IMG/VR virus record: IMGVR_UViG_3300020463_000019
Location: 2,293-66,292 of that record
DNA: 64,000 bases
Direction: 5' to 3' (one strand)
Source of the DNA: a virus
Shown piece by piece: positions 25,311 to 35,205 of the stretch (position 1 is its first letter; every line of letters starts with the position of its first letter). The notes under the pieces were generated by a model, which was not told where the DNA came from, ran no database searches, and saw only the letters and a program-made list of their open reading frames with translations. The position numbers were made by a program, and so were the translations under genes.

Positions 25311-25970
25311 ATGACAGACAATAGTAAAAATAATACAGAGAGCAAACAAACTATGAAGCAACCGCAAGAAAATAGTGGTGTACAAGTACAAGGTCATATT
25401 AAAATATTTGACCCAGAATCAGGTGAAGTATTTGTAGACAAGCGTAATGCAATTCATTATGAGAACATGAGTGAAGGTTTAGCAATGAGTCTTGCTAACA
25501 AAACAACTGGATTTGTACATGAAATGCACTTTGGAAACGGTGGAACAAGTGTTGACCCTACTGGAGTTATAACTTATTTGCCTGCTAATAACACAGGACA
25601 AAGTGCTGACTTATATAATCCAACTTATTATAAAGTTGTTGATAACACAAGTAGTTTAAACACAGATCCGATTAGAAACAAAATTGAAGTAAGACATACT
25701 ACTAGCCTTGTCTATACTGATATTGTTGTAAGTTGTTTACTTGATTACGGTGAACCAAGTGGACAAGCGGCATTTGACAATGCAAGTAATTTTGATGATA
25801 CCTATGTATTTGACGAATTAGGATTAAAAGCATGGAACGGAACAGTTGGAGCGGGACCATTGCTCACACATGTTGTTTTTCATCCAGTGCAAAAGAGTCT
25901 TAACAGACTAATACAAATAGATTATACAGTGCGTATTCAGACACTGACTAACCTAAGTTCGGTTAGCTAA
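25311..25970 (+). CDS. Virion structural protein (baseplate/tail-associated)
   Basis: 219 aa in the structural operon; 'FGNGG', 'FDELGL', 'THVVFHPVQKSLNRLIQIDYTVR'. Confidence 0.55.
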   Translation: MTDNSKNNTESKQTMKQPQENSGVQVQGHIKIFDPESGEVFVDKRNAIHYENMSEGLAMSLANKTTGFVHEMHFGNGGTSVDPTGVITYLPANNTGQSADLYNPTYYKVVDNTSSLNTDPIRNKIEVRHTTSLVYTDIVVSCLLDYGEPSGQAAFDNASNFDDTYVFDELGLKAWNGTVGAGPLLTHVVFHPVQKSLNRLIQIDYTVRIQTLTNLSSVS

Positions 25971-25975
25971 ATGAA

Positions 25976-25981
25976 TAAATA
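25976..25981 (+). promoter_or_regulatory. T4-like late promoter motif
   Basis: ATAAATA upstream of 26005. Confidence 0.5.
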
Positions 25982-26004
25982 CATTATATTGGAGCAAGAA
26001 ATAA

Positions 26005-27483
26005 ATGGCCTATACAATTAACAAAACAAGCGGTGCTGTTTTAGCTACCATTGCAGACGGTACGTTAGATAGTACTACTAATTTAACGCTTATTGGAAAG
26101 AACTATTCCGGCTACGGCGAAGCGTTTAATGAAAACTTTGTCGCATTGCTTGAAAACTTTTCAAATAACGTTGCTCCAACTTCACCGCTGGCTGGCCAAC
26201 TATGGTGGGATTCTAGCAACGCATTACTTAAAGTTTACACAGGTAGTACATTTAAAACTGTTAGTTCATCCACAGCAAGTGCAACACAGCCGGCATCAGG
26301 TGTAGTTGGCGACTTATGGTGGGATACTACTAACAATCAATTGAAAGTTTACAACGGTGCAACATGGACACTAGTAGGACCAGCATACAGTAGTGGTGCT
26401 GGACAAAGTGGACCGGTTATTGAAACTATTACGGACAGTGGCGGATCAGATCACGTTGTCGTACAAATGATGAACAGTGATACAATTGTTTCAATCATTA
26501 ACAAAGATGCAACATTTACCCCACAAAGTTCGATTACAGGATTTTCTACTATTAAACAAGGATATACCCTAAACAGTAGTTTAGCGGCGGCAAAGTTTAA
26601 TGGTACTGCAACAGACTCAGACGCACTCGGTGGCGTAGGAGCGGCAAATTATTTAAGAAGTGACGCAAACGATTCAACTAGTGGAACACTAGGAATTATC
26701 AATGATAATGGTATAACTATTGGAACTGACAGCGATTTATCGTTGACAATCAGTGGAGATAATGTTATACTCAAGAATCAAACAAGTAATGGAGATATTG
26801 TTTTCCGTGTAAATGACGGTGGCGTTACAACAACAGTTCTTACACTTGACGGTGCAACTAGCGAAGCTCAAGTTACTGCAAATCCAACAACAGATTTTGG
26901 AATTGCATCAAAGAAATATGTTGATGATTCATTATCTGGAATTGGTGGCGGCGCTGTTCTACTTAGAGATGGTAGTAACGAAATCGGTGGTACAATTTTA
27001 CCAGATACAGATCAAACTTATGATTTTGGATCAACTACAAAGACATTTAATACAATCTACGCACAAACTTTTAGCGGAACAGCAGTTGAAGCACAATATG
27101 CTGACTTGGCAGAAAGATTTGCGGCAGATAAATTTTACGCACCAGGTACAGTAGTAGCACTTGGCGGTGTAGAAGAAATAACCAGAGTAGCCGAAGAAGG
27201 CAGCGAATCAGTGTTTGGAGTGATTAGTACTAAACCTGCATACTTAATGAATAGTAATGCTGGTACAAATAACACACACCCACCGGTCGCAATGAGTGGA
27301 CGAGTTCCTGTACTAGTCACTGGAAAAATTAATAAAGGTGACAGACTCATAAGTGCCGGCGACGGGTTAGCGAAATCAGCAACTAAACATGAACTGACTG
27401 CGTTTAACGTAATTGGTAGAGCACTAGAAAACAAAAAAACAACTGGCGAAGGTACAATTTTAGCCTTTGTCAAAATTAACTAA
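26005..27483 (+). CDS. Short tail fibre/baseplate protein with C-terminal peptidase G2-like chaperone
   Basis: 'LIGKNYSGYGE..LLENF', two 'G(Q/D)LWWD...LKVY' repeats, C-terminal 'YADLAERF..GVISTKPAYLMN..GRVPV'. Confidence 0.7.
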   Translation: MAYTINKTSGAVLATIADGTLDSTTNLTLIGKNYSGYGEAFNENFVALLENFSNNVAPTSPLAGQLWWDSSNALLKVYTGSTFKTVSSSTASATQPASGVVGDLWWDTTNNQLKVYNGATWTLVGPAYSSGAGQSGPVIETITDSGGSDHVVVQMMNSDTIVSIINKDATFTPQSSITGFSTIKQGYTLNSSLAAAKFNGTATDSDALGGVGAANYLRSDANDSTSGTLGIINDNGITIGTDSDLSLTISGDNVILKNQTSNGDIVFRVNDGGVTTTVLTLDGATSEAQVTANPTTDFGIASKKYVDDSLSGIGGGAVLLRDGSNEIGGTILPDTDQTYDFGSTTKTFNTIYAQTFSGTAVEAQYADLAERFAADKFYAPGTVVALGGVEEITRVAEEGSESVFGVISTKPAYLMNSNAGTNNTHPPVAMSGRVPVLVTGKINKGDRLISAGDGLAKSATKHELTAFNVIGRALENKKTTGEGTILAFVKIN

Positions 27484-27498
27484 TAAATACTTTAAATA
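27484..27498 (+). promoter_or_regulatory. Tandem T4-like late promoter motifs
   Basis: TAAATACTT twice (TAAATA at 27484 and 27493) before 27518. Confidence 0.5.
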
Positions 27499-27517
27499 CT
27501 TTAAGGGGTAATAAAAA

Positions 27518-28438
27518 ATGACATACAGTTCAGGTAACACAATTCTTGCAGCTGATTATAATACCTTTGTTGGAACCGTGAATGGCGTTGTAGGGCCAAG
27601 TGCTAGTTACAAAAGTGGCGATGGATATGGCGATTCAGATCTATCAACAGTTGCACAGAGTGCAACAGTAAACTCAACTTCATGGAACACTTTAATTAAC
27701 GCAGTTAAAAAAGCGGCAACCCATCAAGGTACAACAATCAATTTGCCAGGCAGTGCATTAAGCACAGGTGACACAATTGAGGCACTAGACGGAAGTACTT
27801 CTGGGTCTGGTACACTAAACTTATCACAAGCAGTAACAGATATTAACACAAACAAAGCAAACGTAGATGCATCTCAACAAACAACTATTGCAGGCTCATC
27901 TGCAAGTAGTAGAGGTAGCACATGGGGAACAGGCGGAAGTGAAACAATTGATGCACAAGTTCGTGTACAGTTTTCAAGCCAAGTACATACCGATGCTTTC
28001 TTTAATACAGGTGGAGAAATTCACTTAACTTTCCAACATGCAAGTGGTTCGTCCGCACAGGATAATGCATGGAGAACTATTTTTAATACTGCAATTGGAA
28101 CACTAAAATTACAAAAAACATCAATGGCTAGAACAGGTTCTTCAGGAACTATTGCGGCTTTTGGATATACATCATTAACAACTTCTTACCAAAATATTTT
28201 TACTGGTACTAATATTGGTGGTGGTGCATATGGCGCAAACGACGTGGTCGTTAAAGCAAAGTTAGATACATCAAATCATAGAGTTGAATTTGAAATTGAT
28301 TTAGTTGACCAATCCGTAGCAATTTCACCAAGTACAGCTGACGTTGTACAAGCGGGTACAGCCGTAAGTATTGGCTTCAGAAAATCAACAGGTTATGCTC
28401 CAGCAACACCTACAGTTTCACAAATCTCAGGATTCTAA
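27518..28438 (+). CDS. Ser/Thr/Gly-rich virion structural protein
   Basis: 306 aa; 'ILAADYN', 'FFNTGGEI'; last gene before the terminator. Confidence 0.55.
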   Translation: MTYSSGNTILAADYNTFVGTVNGVVGPSASYKSGDGYGDSDLSTVAQSATVNSTSWNTLINAVKKAATHQGTTINLPGSALSTGDTIEALDGSTSGSGTLNLSQAVTDINTNKANVDASQQTTIAGSSASSRGSTWGTGGSETIDAQVRVQFSSQVHTDAFFNTGGEIHLTFQHASGSSAQDNAWRTIFNTAIGTLKLQKTSMARTGSSGTIAAFGYTSLTTSYQNIFTGTNIGGGAYGANDVVVKAKLDTSNHRVEFEIDLVDQSVAISPSTADVVQAGTAVSIGFRKSTGYAPATPTVSQISGF

Positions 28439-28456
28439 TTAATTTTAATAATTAGA

Positions 28457-28485
28457 TTGACTTTTTATCCCTAAGACTATACAAT
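28457..28485 (+). promoter_or_regulatory. Sigma70-type promoter
   Basis: TTGACT (28457-62), 17-bp spacer, TACAAT (28480-85). Confidence 0.65.
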
Positions 28486-28512
28486 AGTAGAGTATTACAC
28501 TCTACTATTTTT
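28483..28512 (+). terminator. Intrinsic terminator of the structural operon
   Basis: Perfect 11-bp stem AATAGTAGAGT/ACTCTACTATT with a 5-nt loop, ending in a T run. Confidence 0.7.
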
Positions 28513-28524
28513 ATAGGATACCCA

Positions 28525-28884
28525 ATGGATAACATAGATACAATATTCGATAAATCAAAATATATTGCGGTCCAGCAAAACCAAGTGCAGTTACTCAAAG
28601 AATTAGTCACAGAGAAACTTACGGTTGGCCAAGGCGGCGGACTTTTCTTAATCAACAGTGAGCTACTAAACTTCTTAGATCTATTAGAACGTTCTGGTTA
28701 TGACACTGCTGTGATTAATGACATGAACGATAATCCAACTGAAATAACTAACATTAAAGAATTCAAAGATCAATGCATGGAAAAGTATGCTCAAGAGCAA
28801 AACCAAGCATTAGCAGAAATGCGTAGAATAAGAAAAGCAAGAACAGTCAAAGAGTTAGTAGATTATGACTTTGCAGAAGAATAA
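28525..28884 (+). CDS. Hypothetical protein (possible fibre assembly helper)
   Basis: 119 aa with AGGA RBS; function inferred only from position. Confidence 0.5.
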   Translation: MDNIDTIFDKSKYIAVQQNQVQLLKELVTEKLTVGQGGGLFLINSELLNFLDLLERSGYDTAVINDMNDNPTEITNIKEFKDQCMEKYAQEQNQALAEMRRIRKARTVKELVDYDFAEE

Positions 28885-29698
28885 GGGCGTTCTTCTCTTT
28901 GCTAAAAACAATCCAGACTTTAACTATATAAAACAGGCTAAAGTTTCTGCAACACTGGCAAAACATTATCTTAACGTTCCAGTAGCACTAGTTACACCCA
29001 AAGACGAATGTGACGAAGATATTAGTTTATTTGATCATGTTATAGACTGGAAAGATAAAGTTGAAGAAATAAACACACGCCCAATGTACATTGATGGCAA
29101 GTTTAAAAAAGTTAGTTGGCATAACTTGGATAGACTAACTGCCTATGATGTCTCGCCCTTTGACGAAACAATCTTAATTGACAGTGATTACTTGATACAA
29201 AATGATGTATTAAATTCAGTATGGGGTAGTAATGCACCTATGCTAATGAATACACATACTCGTATACCTTCAGAACATCAACAACATATATACGAATTAG
29301 TAATTGAAGATGGCTTTCCTAAAGTGCATTGGTTTACTGTTATGTATTTTCGTAAGTGCAAAGAAACACAAGATTGGTTTGAAGTTGCAAAATATGTAAA
29401 AGAGAATTATGATTTTTACAAAAAAACATTTAGAATTCCATATGCATATTATCGCAATGATATTACTGCTTCAATTGCCAGTCATATTATAGGTGGCTTT
29501 AGAGATGATTATATCAAATCATTGCCGGCAAGACAAATTAATAGTTTTAACACAGAACATATATTAGAAGTTGCAAAAGATAAAATTATTGTCAATACAG
29601 ATACTATTCCTGTATTGTTAAAAAATACAAATGTACATTGCTTAAACAAACATGAAATAGAAAGAAACTACGATAAGTTTATGGAGATATATTCATGA
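28865..29698 (+). CDS. GT-A fold glycosyltransferase-like (GT8/GT71-like)
   Basis: 'SPFDETILIDSDY' DxD motif; 'RND' and late His. Confidence 0.65.
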   Translation: MTLQKNKGVLLFAKNNPDFNYIKQAKVSATLAKHYLNVPVALVTPKDECDEDISLFDHVIDWKDKVEEINTRPMYIDGKFKKVSWHNLDRLTAYDVSPFDETILIDSDYLIQNDVLNSVWGSNAPMLMNTHTRIPSEHQQHIYELVIEDGFPKVHWFTVMYFRKCKETQDWFEVAKYVKENYDFYKKTFRIPYAYYRNDITASIASHIIGGFRDDYIKSLPARQINSFNTEHILEVAKDKIIVNTDTIPVLLKNTNVHCLNKHEIERNYDKFMEIYS

Positions 29699-30558
29699 GC
29701 AAAGGTTATTTTACTTTCGCACAATACAGTAAAAAGTTTGGTGACTACCCACGTATGGCATATGCACTAGCACTAAGTTTAAAAGCAAGCCAAAGAGTAG
29801 GTCCTACAGATTTAACAGTAGGAATGACTGAAGATGATTTAAAACAGTTACCCAAGCACTACTTAGATGTATTCAATGTTGAAATCATACCATGGACAGA
29901 TGAAGCAATAATGCACAACTGGAAGTTGCAAAACGAATGGAAAGTTTATCATATGTCTCCATATGATGAAACTATTAAACTTGATGCTGATATGTTGTTT
30001 ACTGTTGATATAAATTACTATTGGCAAATTATGAAAGCAAGAAACTTTGGTGTAGCAGTATGTGATACAATTCATACATTTAGAGATAAAGTAGGTGATG
30101 ATACTTACTATAGAAAAACATTTAAAGCAAATAAATTTTATAATGCATATAGTGCATTAACTTATTTTCGTAAGTGTGATGAAGCATTGACATTTTATAA
30201 TCAAGTAGAAGATATTTACAGACATTGGGAAAAGTATGCAAATGAATACATGAGAATAAATGGTAATGATGTTGCATACACAGATGAAGTATATGGAATG
30301 GCAGTAAGGTTGTTAGGCTGGCAAGATAAAGTTAGGCCACCCAAAAGTTTTAGTTTTGTACACATGAAAAGTAAATGCCAAGGACTTTTAAATTATACTG
30401 TAGATGATAGTTCATGGACTACATTCTTAGATGGACAATACAACGATGAAGGTTTGTGGATTAACAATTATTATCAAACAAAACCTTTGCACTATGTTGA
30501 AAAAAGTTGGTGTACTGATGACCTTATTACTAAACTAGAAAAACAAGCAGGCGTATAA
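29695..30558 (+). CDS. GT-A fold glycosyltransferase-like (paralog of the preceding gene)
   Basis: 'SPYDETIKLDADML' DxD; 'TDEVY', 'FVHMK'. Confidence 0.65.
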   Translation: MSKGYFTFAQYSKKFGDYPRMAYALALSLKASQRVGPTDLTVGMTEDDLKQLPKHYLDVFNVEIIPWTDEAIMHNWKLQNEWKVYHMSPYDETIKLDADMLFTVDINYYWQIMKARNFGVAVCDTIHTFRDKVGDDTYYRKTFKANKFYNAYSALTYFRKCDEALTFYNQVEDIYRHWEKYANEYMRINGNDVAYTDEVYGMAVRLLGWQDKVRPPKSFSFVHMKSKCQGLLNYTVDDSSWTTFLDGQYNDEGLWINNYYQTKPLHYVEKSWCTDDLITKLEKQAGV

Positions 30559-31148
30559 TGGACGTTAATGAACTAAACAAACTAATGGCTGAAAAGTTTG
30601 GTAGTGTACAAATAGATAAACAAGAACAACAATTTTATCTATACTACGACATGCTTGGCAAAATTACAGGCATGTCTGCGGCACCTATAGAAGAACAAAA
30701 AGATAACTTTCAAACATTTATTAATAAAGAAAAGTTTATAGAATTACAAGATGTTAATTTAAATAATTTTGTTGTGGACTCAACAAGTGACCCTGTTAGT
30801 ATTGTAGACATAAGTGCTGAATGGACAAAGAAAGATATTAATATTCCAAAACTAGATCAAAGTTTGTGGACTACAAATAGACTAGTAACTTTACAATTTG
30901 TAAAAGATAAACGCAACTTAAAAATAAAAGTTAATAATCAATTACCTGTTGCAAGAAAAATATTTGTTGTACCACAAGGACAATATATGAGAAAACTTGC
31001 AGAAATAACTTTACATACTGCTACAGATGAAGACTATCATATACCGCCATATAAAAATATAGATGGTTGTGAAATTTTAACGGAGCAAGACTTGAACAGT
31101 TTTGTTGCATATAGAGAAGTAGAAAATGAAACAGACTTATCCAATTAG
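30558..31148 (+). CDS. Hypothetical protein
   Basis: 196 aa, coupled at both ends. Confidence 0.55.
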   Translation: MDVNELNKLMAEKFGSVQIDKQEQQFYLYYDMLGKITGMSAAPIEEQKDNFQTFINKEKFIELQDVNLNNFVVDSTSDPVSIVDISAEWTKKDINIPKLDQSLWTTNRLVTLQFVKDKRNLKIKVNNQLPVARKIFVVPQGQYMRKLAEITLHTATDEDYHIPPYKNIDGCEILTEQDLNSFVAYREVENETDLSN

Positions 31149-32061
31149 TGACTTTGATGTCATCTATATCAGTTACGATGAACCAAATGCAGAAAAAAAC
31201 TGGGCAGACTTATTGAGTAAATGTCCTTGGGCAAAACGTGTACATGGCGTAAAAGGATTTGATGCCGCACACAATAAAGCCGGTGAAGTAAGTGAAACAC
31301 ACAGACTGGTTACTGTTGACGGTGATAATACAGTAAGAAAAGACTTCTTCAAGCAGACTATAGAAATAGATGAGGAAGAACAAAAAGATTATGTGTTTAG
31401 TTGGTGTGGACATAATGTTGTTAATAGTTTAGCATATGGCAATGGCGGACTGAAACTATGGCCAAAACATATTATTGAAAACATGAATAGCCATGAAAAT
31501 GATGTTAGTGAAGATGGTGCTCATAGTGTAGACTTTTGTTGGATGCACACATACTTCCAAATGGCTGATACATTTAGTGACGTTGTAGTCAATGCAAATC
31601 CTGAACAAGCATACAGAGCAGGCTTTCGTGAAGGTGTTAAGATGAGCTTAGATAGAGGTATACTTCCTGCTAAGAATAGATTCTTACAACAAAATCATAT
31701 TAAAAATATGCAACGTCTTAGTATTTGGTGTAGTGTTGGAATGGATATTGAAAACGGTGACTGGGCTATACTTGGTGCAAGGGAAGCAGTATGTTTAACT
31801 AATTTAGACAGTTGGAATCATACAAACATTGCAGATTATGATTTTATGCAAAAATTCGTAGGTGAAAAACTAGATAAGTATAATACAAGCGAAAAAAGAA
31901 GGCAACGCACAAAACACCTAGGCGATCGCCTACGCAATGAATTACACTTCCGTATAGCAGATATGAATGCTGACACAAGTATTTGGTTCAAAAGCGTTTA
32001 TCAGAATCCACATAGATATGGCGTAATGATTACAGAAAGTGAAGCCGACCGTAAGCGTTAA
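31126..32061 (+). CDS. Putative glycosyltransferase-like protein
   Basis: 'ISYDEPNA..RVHGVKG..VDGDN' DxD; paralog of 48598..49278. Confidence 0.55.
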   Translation: MKQTYPISDFDVIYISYDEPNAEKNWADLLSKCPWAKRVHGVKGFDAAHNKAGEVSETHRLVTVDGDNTVRKDFFKQTIEIDEEEQKDYVFSWCGHNVVNSLAYGNGGLKLWPKHIIENMNSHENDVSEDGAHSVDFCWMHTYFQMADTFSDVVVNANPEQAYRAGFREGVKMSLDRGILPAKNRFLQQNHIKNMQRLSIWCSVGMDIENGDWAILGAREAVCLTNLDSWNHTNIADYDFMQKFVGEKLDKYNTSEKRRQRTKHLGDRLRNELHFRIADMNADTSIWFKSVYQNPHRYGVMITESEADRKR

Positions 32062-32070
32062 AGGAACACT

Positions 32071-32499
32071 ATGAAAGTAATTGCACACAGAGGAAACTTG
32101 AAAGGTCCAAATCCTGAAAGAGAAAACTCTCCAGAGTATTTGCTTGAAGCAATAAAGGCTGGATATGACTGTGAAGTTGATGTTTGGTATGATAACAACA
32201 ATCAACTATACTTGGGACATAATAATCCTCAGTATAAAATTGATCATGCTTTTCTTAATAACAAGCACTTTTGGTGTCATGCTAAGAATTTAGAAGCACT
32301 AGAGTATATGTTAGTTAATGATATACATTGCTTCTGGCATGAGCATGATGAACGAACTTTGACTAGCAAAGGCTTTATTTGGACATATCCAAAGCAGGAA
32401 ACAAATTTTAAAAGTATTATCTGCATGATAAATCCAGAAGATACTGCACCAAAAGATTGTTATGGTATTTGTACTGACTGGGTAAACAAACACAAATAG
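32071..32499 (+). CDS. Glycerophosphodiester phosphodiesterase-like (minimal GDPD)
   Basis: 'IAHRGN..ENS..EVDVW..LGH'. Confidence 0.75.
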   Translation: MKVIAHRGNLKGPNPERENSPEYLLEAIKAGYDCEVDVWYDNNNQLYLGHNNPQYKIDHAFLNNKHFWCHAKNLEALEYMLVNDIHCFWHEHDERTLTSKGFIWTYPKQETNFKSIICMINPEDTAPKDCYGICTDWVNKHK

Positions 32500-32514
32500 G
32501 ATCACATATGAAGA

Positions 32515-32757
32515 ATGAAAATAAGATTTTACAAAAATTTGGATGGCATTAGATGGCTAGGTTTTATACTTGCTATGGTAAGTGCATTTATACTATCAGG
32601 CGGAAGTCAAGATGATCAATGGATAGGATGGAGTATTGCATTATTCTCTTGTTCTATATGGGTATACATGGGTTACAAGGATGAAGATGTACCAAGAGCA
32701 TTAATGGAACTAATGTATTTGGGATTAGCAATACGTGGAATTTGGAACTGGTTTTAA
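32515..32757 (+). CDS. Small membrane protein (~3 TM)
   Basis: 80 aa with three hydrophobic segments. Confidence 0.6.
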   Translation: MKIRFYKNLDGIRWLGFILAMVSAFILSGGSQDDQWIGWSIALFSCSIWVYMGYKDEDVPRALMELMYLGLAIRGIWNWF

Positions 32758-32769
32758 AAGGACAATAGT

Positions 32770-33507
32770 ATGAAAATAGCAATTTGTTTTAGCGGACAAC
32801 TTAGAGGTTCATGGAGAAAATGTGTGGAAAGTTGGAAGCAAACGTTTGGTCAGCATGAGCTATATTATTTTGGACATACATGGACAACTAGAAGTGCTCC
32901 TAATTTTATTAAAGTAACAAAAGGTATAACAGATTTAGAAACTGTAGAAAATAGAGAAATACAACAACTAAAAAGAGAACTACCGGATATAAAGTTAAAA
33001 GTGGAAGATCAAATTACTTTTACTCCTAACTTAGATCAAGCATTACATGATGTGAACTATCAAAGTCAGTTTTACGGTGTGATGCAAAGTGCAAACCTTA
33101 AACGTAAACTTGAAATTGAAGAAAATCAAAATTTTGATTTATGTGTACGAGCTCGATGGGATACAATGTTTGATGAGGAATGGAATGTGCCTGAGCCAAT
33201 CACTGATCATGCACAAGTAATACATTTAGGATTTGATGCTAACGGACACAGAATGAGAGTTGGTGACATATACTGGCAAGCACCAAGTGAAGAGTTTGAC
33301 TTAATGTGTGATTTTTATAGACACTTTCATAGACATCCTAAAGAATACTTTAACATGAATAACGATTTACATTATGGTCCAGAACATGTATTTGCATACT
33401 ACTTGAAAGAGTGTAATTTAAATTTAACACAAATTTATCCGCCAGTTAAACTTGTGAGACCAAAGCCAGAACATGTGGTAGGAGCAGGTGACTATGAAAC
33501 CGTCTAA
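32770..33507 (+). CDS. Polysaccharide-locus protein, putative glycosyltransferase ('AICFSGQLR' family)
   Basis: 'KIAICFSGQLR..HTW..FDLCVRARWD..PE'. Confidence 0.55.
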   Translation: MKIAICFSGQLRGSWRKCVESWKQTFGQHELYYFGHTWTTRSAPNFIKVTKGITDLETVENREIQQLKRELPDIKLKVEDQITFTPNLDQALHDVNYQSQFYGVMQSANLKRKLEIEENQNFDLCVRARWDTMFDEEWNVPEPITDHAQVIHLGFDANGHRMRVGDIYWQAPSEEFDLMCDFYRHFHRHPKEYFNMNNDLHYGPEHVFAYYLKECNLNLTQIYPPVKLVRPKPEHVVGAGDYETV

Positions 33508-34246
33508 AGTTGCAATTTGTTTCAGTGGTGAACTAAGAACATTTAATGTTGCATTGCCTTTGTTACTAAATGATTTTTTCTGTGATACAAATGCAGACAT
33601 ATTTTTACATACCTGGAATGTTACAGGCGACCATAAACATACAGATCTTGAACTAGCACATCTACAAGCAATAGTGCATAATAGTCATCACAATCTAGTA
33701 CAACTTAAAGTTGATTCACCTATTAATCACAGTGGGCCATTTGGCAGTATGTTGTACAGTATTCAACAAGCAAACTGGATGAAAAGACAACACGAGATAG
33801 AACAACACTTTGATTATGATTTAGTTATAAAATCACGTTACGATATGTTAGTACGTCCAGGTACAAGATTTTATATAACTGACATTACTGATAGAACTTT
33901 ATATTACAGTTTAGGTAATAGAGGTCTAGTACACACTGATGTTGGTAAACACGGACTTAGTGATATTATTTTCTGGGGAGATAGTCCTACAATAGATATT
34001 GCCTGTGACACATACAGACATTACAACTGGAAGGCTTATCCCAGATATTTAGAACTAATGAATGGCAACATGCAGGACCCTAGCGATAGTATGTTAAGTC
34101 CTGGAACATTAATATATCAACGTACACTAAAACGTAATGTTCAAGTAAGACAAATTGAACCTCAGTATAGTGAAACACTATGGCGTTCGAAAGTTGAACA
34201 CCTTGACCCTAACAACAACTTTGATGAAATTAGACAGGCTTATTAA
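33494..34246 (+). CDS. Paralog of the 'AICFSG.LR' putative glycosyltransferase
   Basis: 'KVAICFSGELR..HTW..YDLVIKSRYD'; ATG at 33494. Confidence 0.55.
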   Translation: MKPSKVAICFSGELRTFNVALPLLLNDFFCDTNADIFLHTWNVTGDHKHTDLELAHLQAIVHNSHHNLVQLKVDSPINHSGPFGSMLYSIQQANWMKRQHEIEQHFDYDLVIKSRYDMLVRPGTRFYITDITDRTLYYSLGNRGLVHTDVGKHGLSDIIFWGDSPTIDIACDTYRHYNWKAYPRYLELMNGNMQDPSDSMLSPGTLIYQRTLKRNVQVRQIEPQYSETLWRSKVEHLDPNNNFDEIRQAY

Positions 34247-35092
34247 ATGCATTTATTAACCGCAGGCGACAGTTGGACATTTGGAAGTGAAATTAAAGAT
34301 GATGGTTTACCACACACAGTAAGTGATTGGGATCCAGAAAACAATGCATTTCGTATTCCTAAAATTTGGCCTACACTATTGTCACAAAGATTAAATTGTA
34401 AAGATCATACAAACATAAGTTATCCAGCAAGTAGTAATGATAGAATAGTCAGACATACAATAAGTTGGATTACAGAACACTACCTACATGATAAAAAAGA
34501 TACCAGTGACTTATTTGTTATTGTTGGCTTTACAAGTCCTGAACGCAAAGACTTTTACTACAAAGATCCTGTTGATAGGAATCAACATGGCTGGACAACT
34601 ATTTGGCCTAATCAAACTAATCATGAATATCATCAAAGAGGTATGCAGGCATTCTTTGACAATTATAGAATGTACTTGTGGAACGAAGAAGAATATTTAA
34701 ATCGTTATGTACAACAGGTAACACAACTGCAAAACTTTTTTACTGTACATGGTATCCAATATTATTTCTTCCAAGCATTTTATAATTTAGACGAGACAGG
34801 TATCACACAATGGGTCGACAAAGGTTATATCAACAGTGAAAATGAAAAAATGGTTGTAGGAGAAAGCAACCCACGCTGGCACTTTCATTACAACAATCAA
34901 CCTGATAACTGGATATGGAAACAGGTTAACAGTGAAAGATTTTACGGCTATAATAAAGCACCACATACCTTTCATGGCTTCATTACACAAAATGCAAATG
35001 GTAGAGAAGTAATTGGAGGTATGCATCCTAATCCACATGGACATGTTTTATGGTGCCACGAACTTGGCAGATGTATAGAGGAGTTAATATGA
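34247..35092 (+). CDS. SGNH/GDSL hydrolase-fold protein
   Basis: 'AGDSWTFG', 'SSNDRI', C-terminal 'MHPNPHGH'. Confidence 0.7.
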   Translation: MHLLTAGDSWTFGSEIKDDGLPHTVSDWDPENNAFRIPKIWPTLLSQRLNCKDHTNISYPASSNDRIVRHTISWITEHYLHDKKDTSDLFVIVGFTSPERKDFYYKDPVDRNQHGWTTIWPNQTNHEYHQRGMQAFFDNYRMYLWNEEEYLNRYVQQVTQLQNFFTVHGIQYYFFQAFYNLDETGITQWVDKGYINSENEKMVVGESNPRWHFHYNNQPDNWIWKQVNSERFYGYNKAPHTFHGFITQNANGREVIGGMHPNPHGHVLWCHELGRCIEELI

Positions 35093-35205
35093 AACTACCA
35101 AATAACTTTAGACACTTTTTAACTGTCAATGCATGTATATGGGGATTTCTTATATTTGCATTAATTCTTGCATACTTAAATGATGATAATGCAAAGTTTT
35201 TTTAA
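35089..35205 (+). CDS. 38-aa membrane peptide (not in ORF track)
   Basis: MKLPNNFRHFLTVNACIWGFLIFALILAYLNDDNAKFF; GAGGAG RBS, ATGA overlap upstream, abuts the next ATG. Confidence 0.6.
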   Translation: MKLPNNFRHFLTVNACIWGFLIFALILAYLNDDNAKFF

